Source: Clostridia bacterium (GTDB lineage: Bacteria; Bacillota; Clostridia; Oscillospirales; CAG-272). Taken from it: a DNA stretch of 64,000 bases. Shown here piece after piece: positions 46,224 through 57,423 of the stretch. The DNA lies in NCBI GenBank assembly GCA_017456985.1, contig JAFTIH010000027.1, forward strand, positions 1,575 to 65,574, written 5' to 3'. The notes under the pieces are model-generated. The model ran no database searches. It saw only the letters and a list, made by a program, of their open reading frames with translations, and was not told where the DNA came from. Each line of letters opens with the position of its first letter. Within the stretch, counting starts at the first letter, position 1. The position numbers and the translations under genes were made by a program.

Positions 46224-46412
46224 GTGAAAGTAAAGGAACTCAGAGAAATGAGCGGCGAGCAGCTCAAGGCAAAGCTCGTCGAGCTGAAGAAGGAACTCTT
46301 CAATCTCCGCTTCCAGCTTGCGATCAATCAGCTTGACAATCCTCACAAGATCGCGGACGTCAAGCATGACATCGCGCGTGTTATGACCGTTCTTCGTGAG
46401 AAGAATGCGTAA
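46224..46412 (+). CDS. rpmC: 50S ribosomal protein L29
   Basis: Conserved uL29 sequence (LKAKLVELKKELFNLRFQ) with a GTG start. Confidence 0.9.
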   Translation: MKVKELREMSGEQLKAKLVELKKELFNLRFQLAINQLDNPHKIADVKHDIARVMTVLREKNA

Positions 46413-46424
46413 GGAGGAATTAAC

Positions 46425-46685
46425 ATGGCAGTAGAACGCAACCTGAGAAAGGTGAGAGTCGGTACTGTTGTCAGCAACAAGATGGATAAGACCATCGTCG
46501 TTGCCATCGCAGACCACGTTCGTCACCCCAAGTACAACAAGATCATCAAGCGTACCATTAAGATCCACGCACACGACGAGCAGAACGTTTGCTCCGTAGG
46601 CGATAAGGTATCCGTAATGGAGACCAGACCCCTCTCCAAGACCAAGAGATGGAGACTGGTGGAGATCATCGAAAAGGCGAAGTAA
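46425..46685 (+). CDS. rpsQ: 30S ribosomal protein S17
   Basis: Conserved uS17 sequence ([14 protein letters not shown]...HPKY). Confidence 0.95.
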   Translation: MAVERNLRKVRVGTVVSNKMDKTIVVAIADHVRHPKYNKIIKRTIKIHAHDEQNVCSVGDKVSVMETRPLSKTKRWRLVEIIEKAK

Positions 46686-46763
46686 TTCTTCGTAACGTAA
46701 CCGTTTCACAATAATCACAGTAGGCAGGTCAAAAAGCTTGCCGAAACAAGGAGGAAACAACCA

Positions 46764-47132
46764 GTGATTCAGCAGCAGACACTTATGAAAGTCGCTGACA
46801 ACACCGGCGCGAAGGAAATTATGTGCATTCGCGTTCTCGGTGGTACCGGTCGCCGCTACGCCAACATTGGCGACGTGGTGGTTGCCTGCGTTAAGAAGGC
46901 AGCTCCCGGCGGTGTCGTGAAAAAGGGCGACGTTGTAAAGGCTGTCGTTGTCAGAAGCGTGAAGGGTGTTCGTCGTGCAGACGGCTCCTATATCAAGTTC
47001 GACGAGAACGCAGCAGTTATCATCAAAGAGGATAACAACCCCAAGGGTACCCGTATTTTTGGCCCGATCGCAAGAGAGCTCCGCGATAAGGACTTCACCA
47101 AGATCCTTTCGCTTGCTCCCGAAGTACTGTAA
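46764..47132 (+). CDS. rplN: 50S ribosomal protein L14
   Basis: Conserved uL14 sequence ([18 protein letters not shown]). Confidence 0.95.
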   Translation: MIQQQTLMKVADNTGAKEIMCIRVLGGTGRRYANIGDVVVACVKKAAPGGVVKKGDVVKAVVVRSVKGVRRADGSYIKFDENAAVIIKEDNNPKGTRIFGPIARELRDKDFTKILSLAPEVL

Positions 47133-47145
47133 GGAGGACACAACA

Positions 47146-47472
47146 ATGAGTAAGCTTCATATTAAAAAAGATGATCTTGTTGTAGTCATCGCAGGCGACG
47201 ACAAGGGCGTTCGCGGTAAGGTTATTGCCACCTCTCCCGAAGAGGGCAAGGTAATGGTCGAGGGCGCGAACATCGTATCCAAGCACAGCAAGGCTCGCCG
47301 TCAGGGCGAGGTTTCGAGCATCGTGAAGACCGAGGGCGCTATGTACGCATCCAAGGTTATGCTCGTTTGCCCCAAGTGCGACAAGGGTGTCCGTACCAAG
47401 GTCTCCTACGAGGAGAAGGACGGCAAGAAGATCAAAGTTCGCGTTTGCGCTAAGTGCGGCGCGAAAATCTAA
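47146..47472 (+). CDS. rplX: 50S ribosomal protein L24
   Basis: Conserved uL24 KOW region (IKKDDLVVVIAGDDKG). I chose ATG 47146 with SD AAGGAGGA; the longer track ORF overlaps rplN. Confidence 0.9.
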   Translation: MSKLHIKKDDLVVVIAGDDKGVRGKVIATSPEEGKVMVEGANIVSKHSKARRQGEVSSIVKTEGAMYASKVMLVCPKCDKGVRTKVSYEEKDGKKIKVRVCAKCGAKI

Positions 47473-47491
47473 GAGAAGGGAGTAATTGAAA

Positions 47492-48031
47492 ATGTCGAGA
47501 TTCAGCGAAATGTATAAAAAAGAAGTTGCTCCCGCTCTGATGGCGAAGTTTGGCTACAAGAGCCCCATGCAGATCCCCAAGTTCGACAAGATCGTTATCA
47601 ACGTCGGCGCGGGCGACGCTAAGGAGAACTCCAAGGTCATCGACGCTATCATCGCAGACCTCACCCTCATCACGGGTCAGAAGGCTGTTCCGACCTTCGC
47701 TAAGAAGTCGGTTGCAAACTTCAAGCTCCGTGAGGGCATGAAGATCGGCGCAAAGGTAACGCTGCGCGGCGAGCGTATGTACGAATTCATGGATAAGCTG
47801 TTCAGCTTCGCGCTGCCCCGCGTCCGTGACTTCAAGGGTATCAATCCCAACGCCTTCGACGGCAGAGGCAACTATGCACTCGGTTTGAAGGAACAGCTCA
47901 TTTTCCCCGAGATCGAGTACGATAAGGTGGAAAAGGTTCGCGGTATGGACATCATCTTCGTCACCACCGCAAACACCGATGAAGAAGCAAAAGAGCTGCT
48001 CACCCTGATGGGCGCTCCCTTTGCAAAGTAA
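47492..48031 (+). CDS. rplE: 50S ribosomal protein L5
   Basis: Conserved uL5 sequence. I prefer ATG 47492 (SD AGAAGGGAG) over TTG 47486. Confidence 0.9.
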   Translation: MSRFSEMYKKEVAPALMAKFGYKSPMQIPKFDKIVINVGAGDAKENSKVIDAIIADLTLITGQKAVPTFAKKSVANFKLREGMKIGAKVTLRGERMYEFMDKLFSFALPRVRDFKGINPNAFDGRGNYALGLKEQLIFPEIEYDKVEKVRGMDIIFVTTANTDEEAKELLTLMGAPFAK

Positions 48032-48050
48032 GATAGGGAGGTAAAATAAA

Positions 48051-48236
48051 ATGGCAAAGACTTCTATGAAACTGAAGCAGCAGAGACCCCAGAAGTTCTC
48101 TACTCGTGAGTACAACCGTTGCAAGATCTGCGGCAGACCTCACGCCTACCTCCGTAAGTACGGAATTTGCCGTATCTGCTTCCGTGAGCTCGCATACAAG
48201 GGCGAGATCCCCGGAGTAAGAAAGGCAAGCTGGTAA
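48051..48236 (+). CDS. rpsN: 30S ribosomal protein S14, type Z (zinc-binding)
   Basis: 61 aa with CxxC...CxxC ([20 protein letters not shown]). Confidence 0.95.
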   Translation: MAKTSMKLKQQRPQKFSTREYNRCKICGRPHAYLRKYGICRICFRELAYKGEIPGVRKASW

Positions 48237-48343
48237 AAAATTCTCTCTCTACCGGCAGGAAAGTCAAGGACTTTTACCACCGGTCAGCCGTCGCACAAAG
48301 TGCGGCAGCAAGATTATGAACTTGCATATAGGAGGATAAAAAA

Positions 48344-48742
48344 ATGCAAATTTCAGACGTAATCGCAGATATGCTCACCCGTATCCGCAATGCAAACGAC
48401 GCAAAGCACGAAACGGTTGACGTTCCTGCATCCAACATGAAGAAGGCAATCGCAGAGATCCTGCTGGGCGAGGGCTACATCAAGTCCTACAACGTCATCG
48501 AGGACGGCAAGCAGGGCATCATCCGCATTGCTCTTAAGTACGCTCCCGGTAAGCAGAAGGTCATTCACGGCCTGCGCCGCGTATCGAAGCCCGGTCTTCG
48601 TATCTACGCAAGCTGCGAGGAGATGCCCCGCGTTCTCAACGGTCTGGGCATCGCCATCGTATCTACTTCCAAGGGCATTATGACCGATAAGAAAGCTAGA
48701 GAAGCAAACGTTGGCGGCGAAGTTCTCGCCTTCGTTTGGTAA
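48344..48742 (+). CDS. rpsH: 30S ribosomal protein S8
   Basis: Conserved uS8 sequence ([13 protein letters not shown]). Confidence 0.95.
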   Translation: MQISDVIADMLTRIRNANDAKHETVDVPASNMKKAIAEILLGEGYIKSYNVIEDGKQGIIRIALKYAPGKQKVIHGLRRVSKPGLRIYASCEEMPRVLNGLGIAIVSTSKGIMTDKKAREANVGGEVLAFVW

Positions 48743-48756
48743 GGGAGGGTAAAGAG

Positions 48757-49296
48757 ATGTCGAGAATCGGAAGAGCACCCATTACCATCCCCGCAGGCGT
48801 AACCGTAACGGTTGACGCAGGCAACTTCGTAACTGTCAAGGGCCCCAAGGGCGAGCTGAAGGAACAGTTCAGCGCGGCTCTCACCATCGCGGTAGAGGGT
48901 AACGTCCTCACGGTAAGCCGCCCCGACGATGAGAAAGAGAATCGTTCTCTGCACGGTCTTACCCGTACCCTCATCAACAACATGGTGGTCGGCGTAACCG
49001 AGGGTTATTCCAAGACCCTTGAGATCAACGGTGTCGGTTACAGAGCAGAGAAGCAGGGCAAGAAGCTCGTTCTCAACCTCGGTTATTCGCACCCCGTCTT
49101 CTTCGAGGAAGACGACAACGTCAGCTTCGCATGCCCCAACAACACCACCATCGTTGTCAGCGGCATCAACAAGCAGGCAGTCGGTCAGGTAGCGGCTCAG
49201 ATCCGCTCCAAGAGACCTCCCGAACCCTACCTTGGTAAGGGTATCAAGTACACCGGTGAGCGTATCCGCCGCAAGGCTGGTAAGGCCGGTAAGTAA
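48757..49296 (+). CDS. rplF: 50S ribosomal protein L6
   Basis: Conserved uL6 sequence ([15 protein letters not shown]). I chose ATG 48757 with SD GGGAGGG. Confidence 0.9.
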   Translation: MSRIGRAPITIPAGVTVTVDAGNFVTVKGPKGELKEQFSAALTIAVEGNVLTVSRPDDEKENRSLHGLTRTLINNMVVGVTEGYSKTLEINGVGYRAEKQGKKLVLNLGYSHPVFFEEDDNVSFACPNNTTIVVSGINKQAVGQVAAQIRSKRPPEPYLGKGIKYTGERIRRKAGKAGK

Positions 49297-49315
49297 TTAG
49301 AAAGGAGTAGACACA

Positions 49316-49675
49316 ATGGTTAAGAGAACAGATAGCAACAAACAGCGTCTGAAGAGACACATCAGAGTCAGAAGCAAGATCTCCGGTACCGCAGAGCGTC
49401 CCCGCCTTGCCGTGTATCGCTCGAACGCCAACATCAGCGCACAGATCATTGATGATGAAAACGGCGTGACCCTCGTATCTGCTTCGACCGTCGAGGCTTC
49501 CTTCGACGGAATCGGCTCCAACAAGGCAGCAGCTGCTAAGATCGGCGAGCTGATCGCTGAGAGAGCACTGGCAAAGGGCATCACCACCGTCGTATTCGAC
49601 CGTGGTGGCTATATCTATCACGGACGTGTGTCGGAGTTGGCTGAAGGCGCTCGCAAGGGCGGCTTAAAGTTCTGA
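49316..49675 (+). CDS. rplR: 50S ribosomal protein L18
   Basis: Conserved uL18 sequence ([19 protein letters not shown]). Confidence 0.95.
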   Translation: MVKRTDSNKQRLKRHIRVRSKISGTAERPRLAVYRSNANISAQIIDDENGVTLVSASTVEASFDGIGSNKAAAAKIGELIAERALAKGITTVVFDRGGYIYHGRVSELAEGARKGGLKF

Positions 49676-49728
49676 TCCGGTTTGCACACATCCAAAGTAA
49701 TTTGGATTAAAAGATAAGGAGTAAAAAC

Positions 49729-50229
49729 ATGGCAAAAAAGTTTGATGCAGCAGGCGTAGAACTCGAAGAAAAGCTTGTTGTTCTGAACCGTGTTTCCAAG
49801 ACCGTGAAGGGTGGCCGTATCGCCCGCTTCGCAGCGCTGATGGTTGTCGGCGACCGCGATGGTCACGTTGGCTTTGGTCTGGGAAAGGCATCTGAGGTAC
49901 CCGACGCGATCCGCAAGGGTATTGAGGACGCAAAGAAGAATATGATTAAGGTATCGCTGAACGGTAACACCATTCCTCACGAGGTTATGGGCGTTTACGG
50001 CGCAGGTAAGGTTCTTTTGAAGCCTGCCGCAGAAGGTACCGGTATTATCGCAGGCGGCACGGTCCGTGCCATCCTTGAGCTTGCAGGTGTGAAGAACATC
50101 CGTGCAAAGTGCCTCCGTTCCTCGAACCCCATCAACGTTGTTAAGGCAACGTTCGAGGGTCTGAAGGAGCTGCGCACGCTTGAGGAAGTTGCAGCACTCC
50201 GCGGCATTTCCGCAGAGAACGTAAAGTAA
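49729..50229 (+). CDS. rpsE: 30S ribosomal protein S5
   Basis: Conserved uS5 sequence ([18 protein letters not shown]). Confidence 0.95.
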   Translation: MAKKFDAAGVELEEKLVVLNRVSKTVKGGRIARFAALMVVGDRDGHVGFGLGKASEVPDAIRKGIEDAKKNMIKVSLNGNTIPHEVMGVYGAGKVLLKPAAEGTGIIAGGTVRAILELAGVKNIRAKCLRSSNPINVVKATFEGLKELRTLEEVAALRGISAENVK

Positions 50230-50242
50230 GGAGGACGACGAA

Positions 50243-50422
50243 ATGGAAAAGGTTAAAGTTGTTCTCGTAAAAAGCCTTATCGCTGCAAAGCCCGCACAGA
50301 AGGCAACCGCACAGGCTCTTGGTCTGAAGAAGATCGGCGACTGCAACGTTGTTGCAAACGACGCCGCTCTCGCAGGTCAGATCCGTGTTATTCGTCACCT
50401 TGTTAAGGTAGAAACCGTTTAA
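50243..50422 (+). CDS. rpmD: 50S ribosomal protein L30
   Basis: 59 aa ORF that does not appear in the supplied track: MEKVKVVLVKSLIAAKPAQKATAQALGLKKIGDCNVV... SD AAGGAGGA upstream. Expected position between rpsE and rplO. Confidence 0.85.
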   Translation: MEKVKVVLVKSLIAAKPAQKATAQALGLKKIGDCNVVANDAALAGQIRVIRHLVKVETV

Positions 50423-50446
50423 TCGGAATAAGAAGGAGGAAAACAA

Positions 50447-50887
50447 ATGAAGCTCCATGAACTTTCTCCTGCGGAGGGCTCTGTAAGAGATTCCTACCGT
50501 AAGGGTAGAGGTCCCGGTTCCGGTAACGGAAAGACCGCGGGCAAGGGTCATAAGGGTCAGAACGCACGCTCCGGCGGCGGTGTCCGTCCCGGCTTTGAAG
50601 GCGGCCAGATCCCGCTTTACAGAAAGCTTCCCAAGAGAGGCTTTTACAACAAGTTTGGCAAGTGCTATGCAATTGTCAACGTCGATGCTCTGAACATTTT
50701 TGAAGACGGCGCAGTAGTTGACGAGGCCGCTCTCCTGAGTTACGGCTTAATTGACGATGTATGCGACGGCGTCAAGGTTCTTGGCAGAGGTGAACTCTCT
50801 AAAAATCTCACCGTAAAAGCACAAATCTTTTCGGCTACCGCAAAAGAGAAGATCGAGGCTAAGGGTGGAAAGACCGAGGTGATCTGA
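50447..50887 (+). CDS. rplO: 50S ribosomal protein L15
   Basis: Conserved uL15 sequence ([19 protein letters not shown]). Confidence 0.95.
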   Translation: MKLHELSPAEGSVRDSYRKGRGPGSGNGKTAGKGHKGQNARSGGGVRPGFEGGQIPLYRKLPKRGFYNKFGKCYAIVNVDALNIFEDGAVVDEAALLSYGLIDDVCDGVKVLGRGELSKNLTVKAQIFSATAKEKIEAKGGKTEVI

Positions 50888-50888
50888 T

Positions 50889-52289
50889 ATGCTGCAGACG
50901 CTGAGAAATGCGTGGAAGGTAATTGACCTTCGTAAAAAGCTCATCTACACCTTGATTGTCCTGCTTCTGTACCGCATCGGTACGGTAATCCCCGTTCCCT
51001 TCGTGAGTGCTGCCGGCTGGGCGCAAAGCTTTGGCGGTACCATTCTCGATTACCTGAACACGCTCTCGGGCGGCTCGCTTCAGGTCGCGACGCTGTTTGC
51101 TCTGGGTATCTCGCCCTACATCACGGCGTCCATCGTGATCCAGCTTCTTTCCGTTGCGATCCCTGCTCTTGCGCGTTGGTCGCAGGAGGGTGAGGAAGGA
51201 AAGAAGAAGATCAACAACCTGACCCGTTACACGACCGTGATTTTAGCAGTCGTTACGGCAATCGGCTACTACTTCCTTATGAAGAATAGCGGTATGATCG
51301 TCGGAGAAGGTACGACCGTTCTCGGCGCATTTACGATCATCTCTTGCTATTGCGCAGGCGCGTCGCTCGTGATGTGGCTTGGCGAAAAGATTAACGAAAA
51401 CGGTATCGGCAACGGTATCTCCGTGATCCTCTTCGCAAACATCATCTCGGCACTCCCTGCAAAGATCATCCGTCTGGTTGATCTGTGCATCCAGGGCTTC
51501 GCAGGAACCAATCCCGGTCTTTGGGGCACTCTCTCTCTCGTATTCGCTATCGGCTATATTGTACTGCTTCTTGCAATGGTGGTGTTCTGTGTCTATGTCA
51601 CCGGCTCCGAGCGCCGCATCCCCGTACAGTACGCTAAGCGCGTTGTTGGCCGCAAAATGTATGGCGGGCAGAGTCAGAATCTGCCTCTCAAGCTCAATAT
51701 GTCGGGTGTTATGCCCGTCATCTTCGCCTCCTCCATCATCTCGCTTCCCGCGACGATCATGGCTTTTGCAGGTGTCAAGAGCGCAGATAGCTGGGATAAG
51801 GCTTCCGGTTTCTGGGAGAAGTTTAACTACCTTCTTCGCAGCGACGGATGGATCTATCCTATCCTTTTGTTCGTTCTCATCATCGCGTTCGCTTACTTCT
51901 ACACCACGATCTCCTTTGATCCCGTAGAGGTTTCGAACAACCTGAAAAAGAACGGCGGTACCATCCTTGGTCAGCGCCCCGGTGCTCCCACGGCTGAGTA
52001 TATCAAAAAGAGTCTGTCGAAGATCACCCTGATCGGTGCATTCTTCCTCAGCATCGTGGCGATCGTTCCGATCATCCTCGTACCGACCGTCATGGAACCC
52101 CTGGTGAAGGCGGTTCTTTCGAACCATCCCACCTACGCGGCAAACGCCGCAAGCTACGTTTCCTACTTTACGGGCGCATTCGCATTCGGTGGAACCTCGC
52201 TTCTCATCGTTGTCGGTGTTGCTCTTGAGCTGGTACGCGATCTGGAAGCACAGCTCGCAATGCGTAGCAACAAGGGCTTCTTAAAGTAA
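50889..52289 (+). CDS. secY: Preprotein translocase subunit SecY
   Basis: 466 aa, 10-TM pattern, conserved N-terminus (LRKKLIYTLIVLLLYRIG) and canonical position. Confidence 0.95.
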   Translation: MLQTLRNAWKVIDLRKKLIYTLIVLLLYRIGTVIPVPFVSAAGWAQSFGGTILDYLNTLSGGSLQVATLFALGISPYITASIVIQLLSVAIPALARWSQEGEEGKKKINNLTRYTTVILAVVTAIGYYFLMKNSGMIVGEGTTVLGAFTIISCYCAGASLVMWLGEKINENGIGNGISVILFANIISALPAKIIRLVDLCIQGFAGTNPGLWGTLSLVFAIGYIVLLLAMVVFCVYVTGSERRIPVQYAKRVVGRKMYGGQSQNLPLKLNMSGVMPVIFASSIISLPATIMAFAGVKSADSWDKASGFWEKFNYLLRSDGWIYPILLFVLIIAFAYFYTTISFDPVEVSNNLKKNGGTILGQRPGAPTAEYIKKSLSKITLIGAFFLSIVAIVPIILVPTVMEPLVKAVLSNHPTYAANAASYVSYFTGAFAFGGTSLLIVVGVALELVRDLEAQLAMRSNKGFLK

Positions 52290-52315
52290 TTCTTCGCACA
52301 AGGAGGGAAAAGGAT

Positions 52316-52948
52316 ATGAAGATCATCTTCCTTGGAGCTCCCGGTGCAGGTAAAGGCACCCAGGCAGAGATCGTTTCGGAGCGGCTTTCGATCCCGACGA
52401 TCTCTACCGGCGCCATTATCCGGGAAGCCTTAAAGGCAGGAACCGAAATGGGACTTGCCGCAAAGAAGTTCATCGACGCGGGCGCGCTCGTTCCCGATGA
52501 GGTCGTGATCGGCATCATCAAGGAGCGTCTTGCGAAGGAGGACTGCAGAAGCGGCTTTATCCTCGACGGATTTCCTCGCACCGTGCCTCAGGCTGAGGCA
52601 CTCGACCAAATGGGTGTTGCGATCGATCTCGTGCTTTCGCTTGAGGTTGCCGATGAGGCGATCGTAGAAAGAATGAGCGGCCGCCGTGTCTGCGATAAGT
52701 GTGGCGCTTCGTATCATACGAAGTACCTGCCTTCAAAGGACGGCGTAAACTGCGACAAGTGCGGCAACGCGCTTTCCATCCGCCGCGACGACGCTCCCGA
52801 GGTCGTATTGAGTCGTCTTGAAGTTTACCATAACACCACCGAGCCGCTGAAGGAATACTACGAAAAGAAGGGTATTCTCAAGCTGGTGGCAGGGCAGGAG
52901 GATGTCAAGGACACCACCGCTCTGACCTTGGCGGCACTTGGAATCTAA
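52316..52948 (+). CDS. adk: Adenylate kinase (zinc-lid type)
   Basis: GAPGAGKGTQ P-loop. CDKCG...CDKCG lid. Confidence 0.95.
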   Translation: MKIIFLGAPGAGKGTQAEIVSERLSIPTISTGAIIREALKAGTEMGLAAKKFIDAGALVPDEVVIGIIKERLAKEDCRSGFILDGFPRTVPQAEALDQMGVAIDLVLSLEVADEAIVERMSGRRVCDKCGASYHTKYLPSKDGVNCDKCGNALSIRRDDAPEVVLSRLEVYHNTTEPLKEYYEKKGILKLVAGQEDVKDTTALTLAALGI

Positions 52949-52950
52949 AC

Positions 52951-53709
52951 ATGGTCATTGTAAAAAATTCCGATCAGCTGAAGCTGATGAAGATTGCCTG
53001 TCGGATCACGGGTGAGACGCTGGCATACGCGCACGAGCTTGTTCGTGAGGGCGTATCCACCAAGTTCCTCGACACGAAGATCCGCGCCTTCATCGAGAAG
53101 CAGGGTGCAAGACCCTCCTTCCTCGGGTACGGCGGTTTTCCGGGCAGTGCTTGTATCAGCATCAACGATGAAGTCATTCACGGCATCCCTACTGAGAAGA
53201 GAATTCTTCGCGAGGGTGACATTGTAAAAATCGATGTCGGTGCCTGCTATCGCGGGTACAACGGCGACAGCGCACGCTCCTTTCCCGTCGGACGGGTGAG
53301 CGACGAGGCGCTCCGCCTGATCGAAACGACCAAGGCGTCCTTCTTTGCCGGTATGGAAAAGGCGGTCGTCGGGGGCAGGATCGGTGACATCGGCAGTGCC
53401 GTGGAGAATTGTGTCACGAGCGCGGGCTATACCGTCGTCAGACAGTACGTCGGGCACGGTGTCGGCGCAGAACTGCACGAAGATCCCGAGGTTCCGAATT
53501 TCGGAACGGCAGGCAGAGGCGTGCGGCTATATCCGGGAATGACGATTGCGATTGAGCCAATGGTCAATGCCGGAGGGCACACGGTAAGAGTGCTCGATAA
53601 TGATTGGACCGTTGTTACCACGGACGGGTCGCTTTCCGCGCATTACGAAAACACCGTCGCGATCACCGCGAACGGACCGGAAAACCTCACCGACGTCGGT
53701 GACAGCTGA
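52951..53709 (+). CDS. map: Type I methionine aminopeptidase
   Basis: Conserved metal-ligand context ([17 protein letters not shown]). Confidence 0.95.
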   Translation: MVIVKNSDQLKLMKIACRITGETLAYAHELVREGVSTKFLDTKIRAFIEKQGARPSFLGYGGFPGSACISINDEVIHGIPTEKRILREGDIVKIDVGACYRGYNGDSARSFPVGRVSDEALRLIETTKASFFAGMEKAVVGGRIGDIGSAVENCVTSAGYTVVRQYVGHGVGAELHEDPEVPNFGTAGRGVRLYPGMTIAIEPMVNAGGHTVRVLDNDWTVVTTDGSLSAHYENTVAITANGPENLTDVGDS

Positions 53710-53738
53710 CGCAGTGCTATAGTAACAAGGAGAAAAAC

Positions 53739-53960
53739 ATGGCAAAAGACGATCTGATTGAATTTGAAGACGGTGTTGTCGTTGAAGCACTTCCCAATGC
53801 CACCTTCAAGGTAAAGCTGCCGAACGGTTACATCGTAACCGCCCACATTTCCGGCAAGCTTCGCATGAACTATATCAAAATTCTTCCCGGTGATACCGTA
53901 ACGGTTGAGGTTTCGACTTACGACCTCAGCAAGGGACGCATCACTTGGAGAAAAAAATAA
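53739..53960 (+). CDS. infA: Translation initiation factor IF-1
   Basis: 73 aa, conserved S1-like sequence ([11 protein letters not shown]-type N-terminus, [16 protein letters not shown]). Confidence 0.95.
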   Translation: MAKDDLIEFEDGVVVEALPNATFKVKLPNGYIVTAHISGKLRMNYIKILPGDTVTVEVSTYDLSKGRITWRKK

Positions 53961-53984
53961 TCGGAAAAGGAACGGTATAAAACA

Positions 53985-54098
53985 ATGAAAGTTAAGCCTT
54001 CCGTCAAGAAGATTTGCGAAAAGTGCAAAATCATCAAGAGAAAAGGCCACGTGATGGTGATTTGCGAGAATCCCAAGCACAAGCAGAGACAGGGCTAA
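53985..54098 (+). CDS. rpmJ: 50S ribosomal protein L36
   Basis: 37 aa ORF that does not appear in the supplied track: [37 protein letters not shown]. Confidence 0.9.
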   Translation: MKVKPSVKKICEKCKIIKRKGHVMVICENPKHKQRQG

Positions 54099-54178
54099 GT
54101 CCCGTCGGCTTTCGCTGAGATTTTAGCAAAAAGTACGGCCGCATAAGGCGGTCAAATGACAAGAAAGGGTGAAATAAC

Positions 54179-54547
54179 ATGGCTCGTATAGCTGGTGTTG
54201 ATATTCCGAACAACAAGCGCATCGAATACGCTCTGACCTATATTTACGGTATCGGCGTAAAGAGCGCACGCGACATTCTCGAAAAAACCGGCATCAATCC
54301 GGATACCCGTGCGAAGGACCTGACCGAGGCAGAGGTTGCCAAGCTCCGTGATGAGATCGAAACCTCCTACCAGGTAGAGGGTGATCTTCGCCGCGAAGTT
54401 GCTCTTAACATTAAGAGACTGAACGAAATCAGCTGCTACCGCGGCATCAGACACCGCAAGGGTCTGCCCGTACGCGGTCAGAGAACCAAGACCAACGCAA
54501 GAACGCGCAAGGGTCCCAAGAAGACCATTGCTAACAAGAAGAAGTAA
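54179..54547 (+). CDS. rpsM: 30S ribosomal protein S13
   Basis: Conserved uS13 sequence ([14 protein letters not shown]). Confidence 0.95.
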   Translation: MARIAGVDIPNNKRIEYALTYIYGIGVKSARDILEKTGINPDTRAKDLTEAEVAKLRDEIETSYQVEGDLRREVALNIKRLNEISCYRGIRHRKGLPVRGQRTKTNARTRKGPKKTIANKKK

Positions 54548-54561
54548 GGAGGGTAAGTGAA

Positions 54562-54957
54562 ATGGCAGTAACGAAAAAGGTTGTTACCAAGAAGCGCCGC
54601 GAGCGCAAGAACATTGAAAAGGGTCAGGCACACATCCGTTCTACCTTCAACAACACCCTCGTAACCATCACCGACGTTGCCGGAAACGCAATTTCCTGGG
54701 CATCCGCTGGTGAGCTCGGCTTCAAGGGCTCCAGAAAGTCCACTCCTTACGCTGCACAGATGGCTGCAGAGCACGCTGCAAAGCTTGCTATGGAGCACGG
54801 TCTTAAGACGGTTGAAGTGTATGTCAGAGGCCCCGGAGCAGGCAGAGAGTCCGCGATCCGCGCACTCGCTACCGCAGGTCTTTCCATCACGCTCATCAAG
54901 GACGTCACGCCCATTCCTCACAATGGTTGCCGTCCCCCCAAGCGCCGTCGCGTATAA
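54562..54957 (+). CDS. rpsK: 30S ribosomal protein S11
   Basis: Conserved uS11 sequence ([16 protein letters not shown]). Confidence 0.95.
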   Translation: MAVTKKVVTKKRRERKNIEKGQAHIRSTFNNTLVTITDVAGNAISWASAGELGFKGSRKSTPYAAQMAAEHAAKLAMEHGLKTVEVYVRGPGAGRESAIRALATAGLSITLIKDVTPIPHNGCRPPKRRRV

Positions 54958-54976
54958 TTACAGGAGGTAGAGAAAA

Positions 54977-55603
54977 ATGGCAAGATATACAGGCCCCAGC
55001 TGCAAACTGTGCCGCAGAGAAGGCACGAAGCTTTTCCTGAAGGGCGAAAGATGCACCTCCGGCAAGTGTGCTTTTGATCACAGAAGCACCGCTCCCGGTC
55101 AGCATGGCGCAGCCCGCAAGAAGGTAGAAGAATACGGAAAGCAGCTCCGTGAAAAGCAGAAGACCCGCCGTTACTACGGCGTACTTGAGGGTCAGTTCAA
55201 GCACTATTATGAGCTGGCTGAGAAGAAGGAAGGCATCACCGGTGAGAACCTTCTGATCATCCTCGAGAGCCGTCTTGATAACGTTGTTTACAGAATGGGT
55301 ATGGCTTCCAGCCGTAAGGAAGCGCGTCAGCTCGTTCTCCACGCACACTTCACCCTCAACGGCAAGAAGGTAACCATCCCCTCTCTGCTCGTTAAGGCAG
55401 GTGACGTGATCGCCGTTAAGGAGTCCAGCCGCGACTCCGTTAAGATCAAGGCTCTGGCAGAGACCATGCAGTCCGCCATCACGCCCAAGTGGCTTGATGT
55501 GGATAAGACCGCTCTCTCTGCAAAGGTTCTGACTCTTCCCGCAAGAGAGGACATCGACTTCGACTTCGAAGAGCAGCTGATCGTCGAGCTCTATTCCAAG
55601 TAA
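54977..55603 (+). CDS. rpsD: 30S ribosomal protein S4
   Basis: Conserved uS4 sequence ([16 protein letters not shown]). Confidence 0.95.
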   Translation: MARYTGPSCKLCRREGTKLFLKGERCTSGKCAFDHRSTAPGQHGAARKKVEEYGKQLREKQKTRRYYGVLEGQFKHYYELAEKKEGITGENLLIILESRLDNVVYRMGMASSRKEARQLVLHAHFTLNGKKVTIPSLLVKAGDVIAVKESSRDSVKIKALAETMQSAITPKWLDVDKTALSAKVLTLPAREDIDFDFEEQLIVELYSK

Positions 55604-55740
55604 TACCCGCCTCCGCCGCGTGAATACGGCAATCGGCGGGTACCCCCTATGGGGACTCGCATGTGTATTCACGGCAGTTCTTTTCCCTATGGTTAGGGAT
55701 CGCTTGAAAGTTATGAATTGAATAGGAGGATTTGTAAGTA

Positions 55741-56715
55741 ATGATTGCAATAGAGAAACCCAATATTACCGCAGTAGAAATCAGCGAAGACGGAAGCTAC
55801 GGCGAGTTTGTCGTAGAGCCTCTTGAGCGTGGCTACGGTCTGACGCTTGGCAACTCCCTTCGCCGCATTCTGCTCAGCTCTCTTCCCGGATATGCCGCAA
55901 CGGCAATTCATATCAGAGACGTTCTGCACGAGATCTCGTCCGTCCCCGGTGTTAAGGAGGACTGCCCCGAGATCGTGCTCAACGTCAAGAGCATCATTGC
56001 AAAGCTTCACACCACCGCCGCAAAGACGGTCGTGCTTGAGGCTGTCGGTCCTTGTGAGGTTACCGCAGGTGACATCACGCCCGATGCAGAGCTTGAGATC
56101 TTGAATCCCGAGCAGCATATCGCAACCGTTTCGAACGGTGAACACTTTTATATGGAGATCACCTTTGACCACGGCCGTGGCTACGTTTCTTCCGAGAAGA
56201 ACAAGCAGAAGTACGTGGATGCAGCAGGTGGCTTCGGCGCACCCATCGGCAGAATCTTTACCGACTCCATCTTTACTCCCGTGTACAAGGTGGAGTACCG
56301 CGTAGAGAACGCGCGTGTCGGCGGTAACATCACCGACTACGACAAGCTGACGCTGTGTGTCAAGACCAACGGTACCATCGCCGCAAAGGAAGCAATCTCC
56401 CTGAGCGCCAAGATTCTGAATGATCATCTCAATCTCTTTGTGAATATGTCCGATGAGGCAAAGACGCTGGAGACCATCGTGGAAAGACCCGAGGATAAGA
56501 AGGGTAAGGTTCTTGAGATCACCATTGAGGAGCTTGACCTGTCGGTTCGTTCCTTCAACTGCTTGAAGCGCGCCGGCATCAACACCGTCGAAGATTTGAT
56601 CAGCAAGACCGAGGAAGATATGATCAAGGTAAGAAACCTTGGTAGAAAATCCCTCGAAGAAGTTATGCAGAAGCTCCACTCTTTGGGTCTCAGCCTGAAG
56701 ACGGTAGAGGAGTAA
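55741..56715 (+). CDS. rpoA: DNA-directed RNA polymerase alpha subunit
   Basis: 324 aa. Conserved NTD ([17 protein letters not shown]) and CTD ([16 protein letters not shown]). Confidence 0.95.
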   Translation: MIAIEKPNITAVEISEDGSYGEFVVEPLERGYGLTLGNSLRRILLSSLPGYAATAIHIRDVLHEISSVPGVKEDCPEIVLNVKSIIAKLHTTAAKTVVLEAVGPCEVTAGDITPDAELEILNPEQHIATVSNGEHFYMEITFDHGRGYVSSEKNKQKYVDAAGGFGAPIGRIFTDSIFTPVYKVEYRVENARVGGNITDYDKLTLCVKTNGTIAAKEAISLSAKILNDHLNLFVNMSDEAKTLETIVERPEDKKGKVLEITIEELDLSVRSFNCLKRAGINTVEDLISKTEEDMIKVRNLGRKSLEEVMQKLHSLGLSLKTVEE

Positions 56716-56737
56716 TTTTAAAAGGAGGTTTAAGGAA

Positions 56738-57247
56738 ATGTCCGGAAATAGAAAACTCGGCAGAACCAGTTCGCAGAGAAAGGCGATGCTGAGAGGCATG
56801 GTTACCTATCTTTTCGAGAACGGAAAGATTGAAACCACATATACTCGTGCAAAAGAAGTTGCTGCGATTGCAGACAGCATGATCACCCTGGCAAAGGTTC
56901 AGGACAAATCGCAGGAGCTCGCCGCTTACCGCCGCGCACTTGCATATATCACCAAGTGGCAGGTAGCAAGAAAGCTCTTTGACGAGATCGCTCCCGGCTA
57001 TGCGAAGCTCGCAGGCGGCTACACCCAGATCCTGAAGCTCGGTCCCCGCCGTGGCGACGCCGCTGAAATGGCAATCGTCCGCCTGGTTCCCGCAGTAAAG
57101 GAAGAGGTCGTCGAGGAGAAGCCCGCTAAGAAGACTGCTAAGAAGGCAGCTCCCAAGAAGGCTAAGAAGGCTGAAGAAGCCGCTCCCGCCGTCGAGGAGA
57201 CTCCCGTTGCAGTAGAGGAAGCTCCCGAAGCACCTGTTGAAGAATAA
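56738..57247 (+). CDS. rplQ: 50S ribosomal protein L17 with a K/A/P/E-rich C-terminal extension
   Basis: Conserved bL17 core ([16 protein letters not shown]). About 50 aa of low-complexity tail [44 protein letters not shown]. Confidence 0.95.
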   Translation: MSGNRKLGRTSSQRKAMLRGMVTYLFENGKIETTYTRAKEVAAIADSMITLAKVQDKSQELAAYRRALAYITKWQVARKLFDEIAPGYAKLAGGYTQILKLGPRRGDAAEMAIVRLVPAVKEEVVEEKPAKKTAKKAAPKKAKKAEEAAPAVEETPVAVEEAPEAPVEE

Positions 57248-57258
57248 TCTTTAACTGC

Positions 57259-57289
57259 AAAAGCACCGTGTGAAAGCACGGTGCTTTTT
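57259..57289 (+). terminator. Intrinsic terminator after rplQ (copy 1)
   Basis: Stem AGCACCGTG / CACGGTGCT followed by TTTTT. Confidence 0.85.
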
Positions 57290-57316
57290 ATCATCCTGCG
57301 ACATGCGGTCGCCCTT

Positions 57317-57414
57317 CCTGAAACATAGTCGTCTGCTATCGCCTGCGCCTGCTCGGCTCTGCATACTCCTTGTTTCAGTTACATCCGTAAAAAAACAGTT
57401 ATCAACTGTTTTTT
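57317..57414. repeat. Tandem element copy 1: 63-nt core bounded by the inverted repeat CTGAAACA/TGTTTCAG, plus its own terminator-like hairpin
   Basis: Core at 57317-57379. Hairpin AACAGTT-ATC-AACTGTT flanked by A- and T-runs at 57389-57414. Confidence 0.8.
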
Positions 57415-57423
57415 CGCCGGTGA

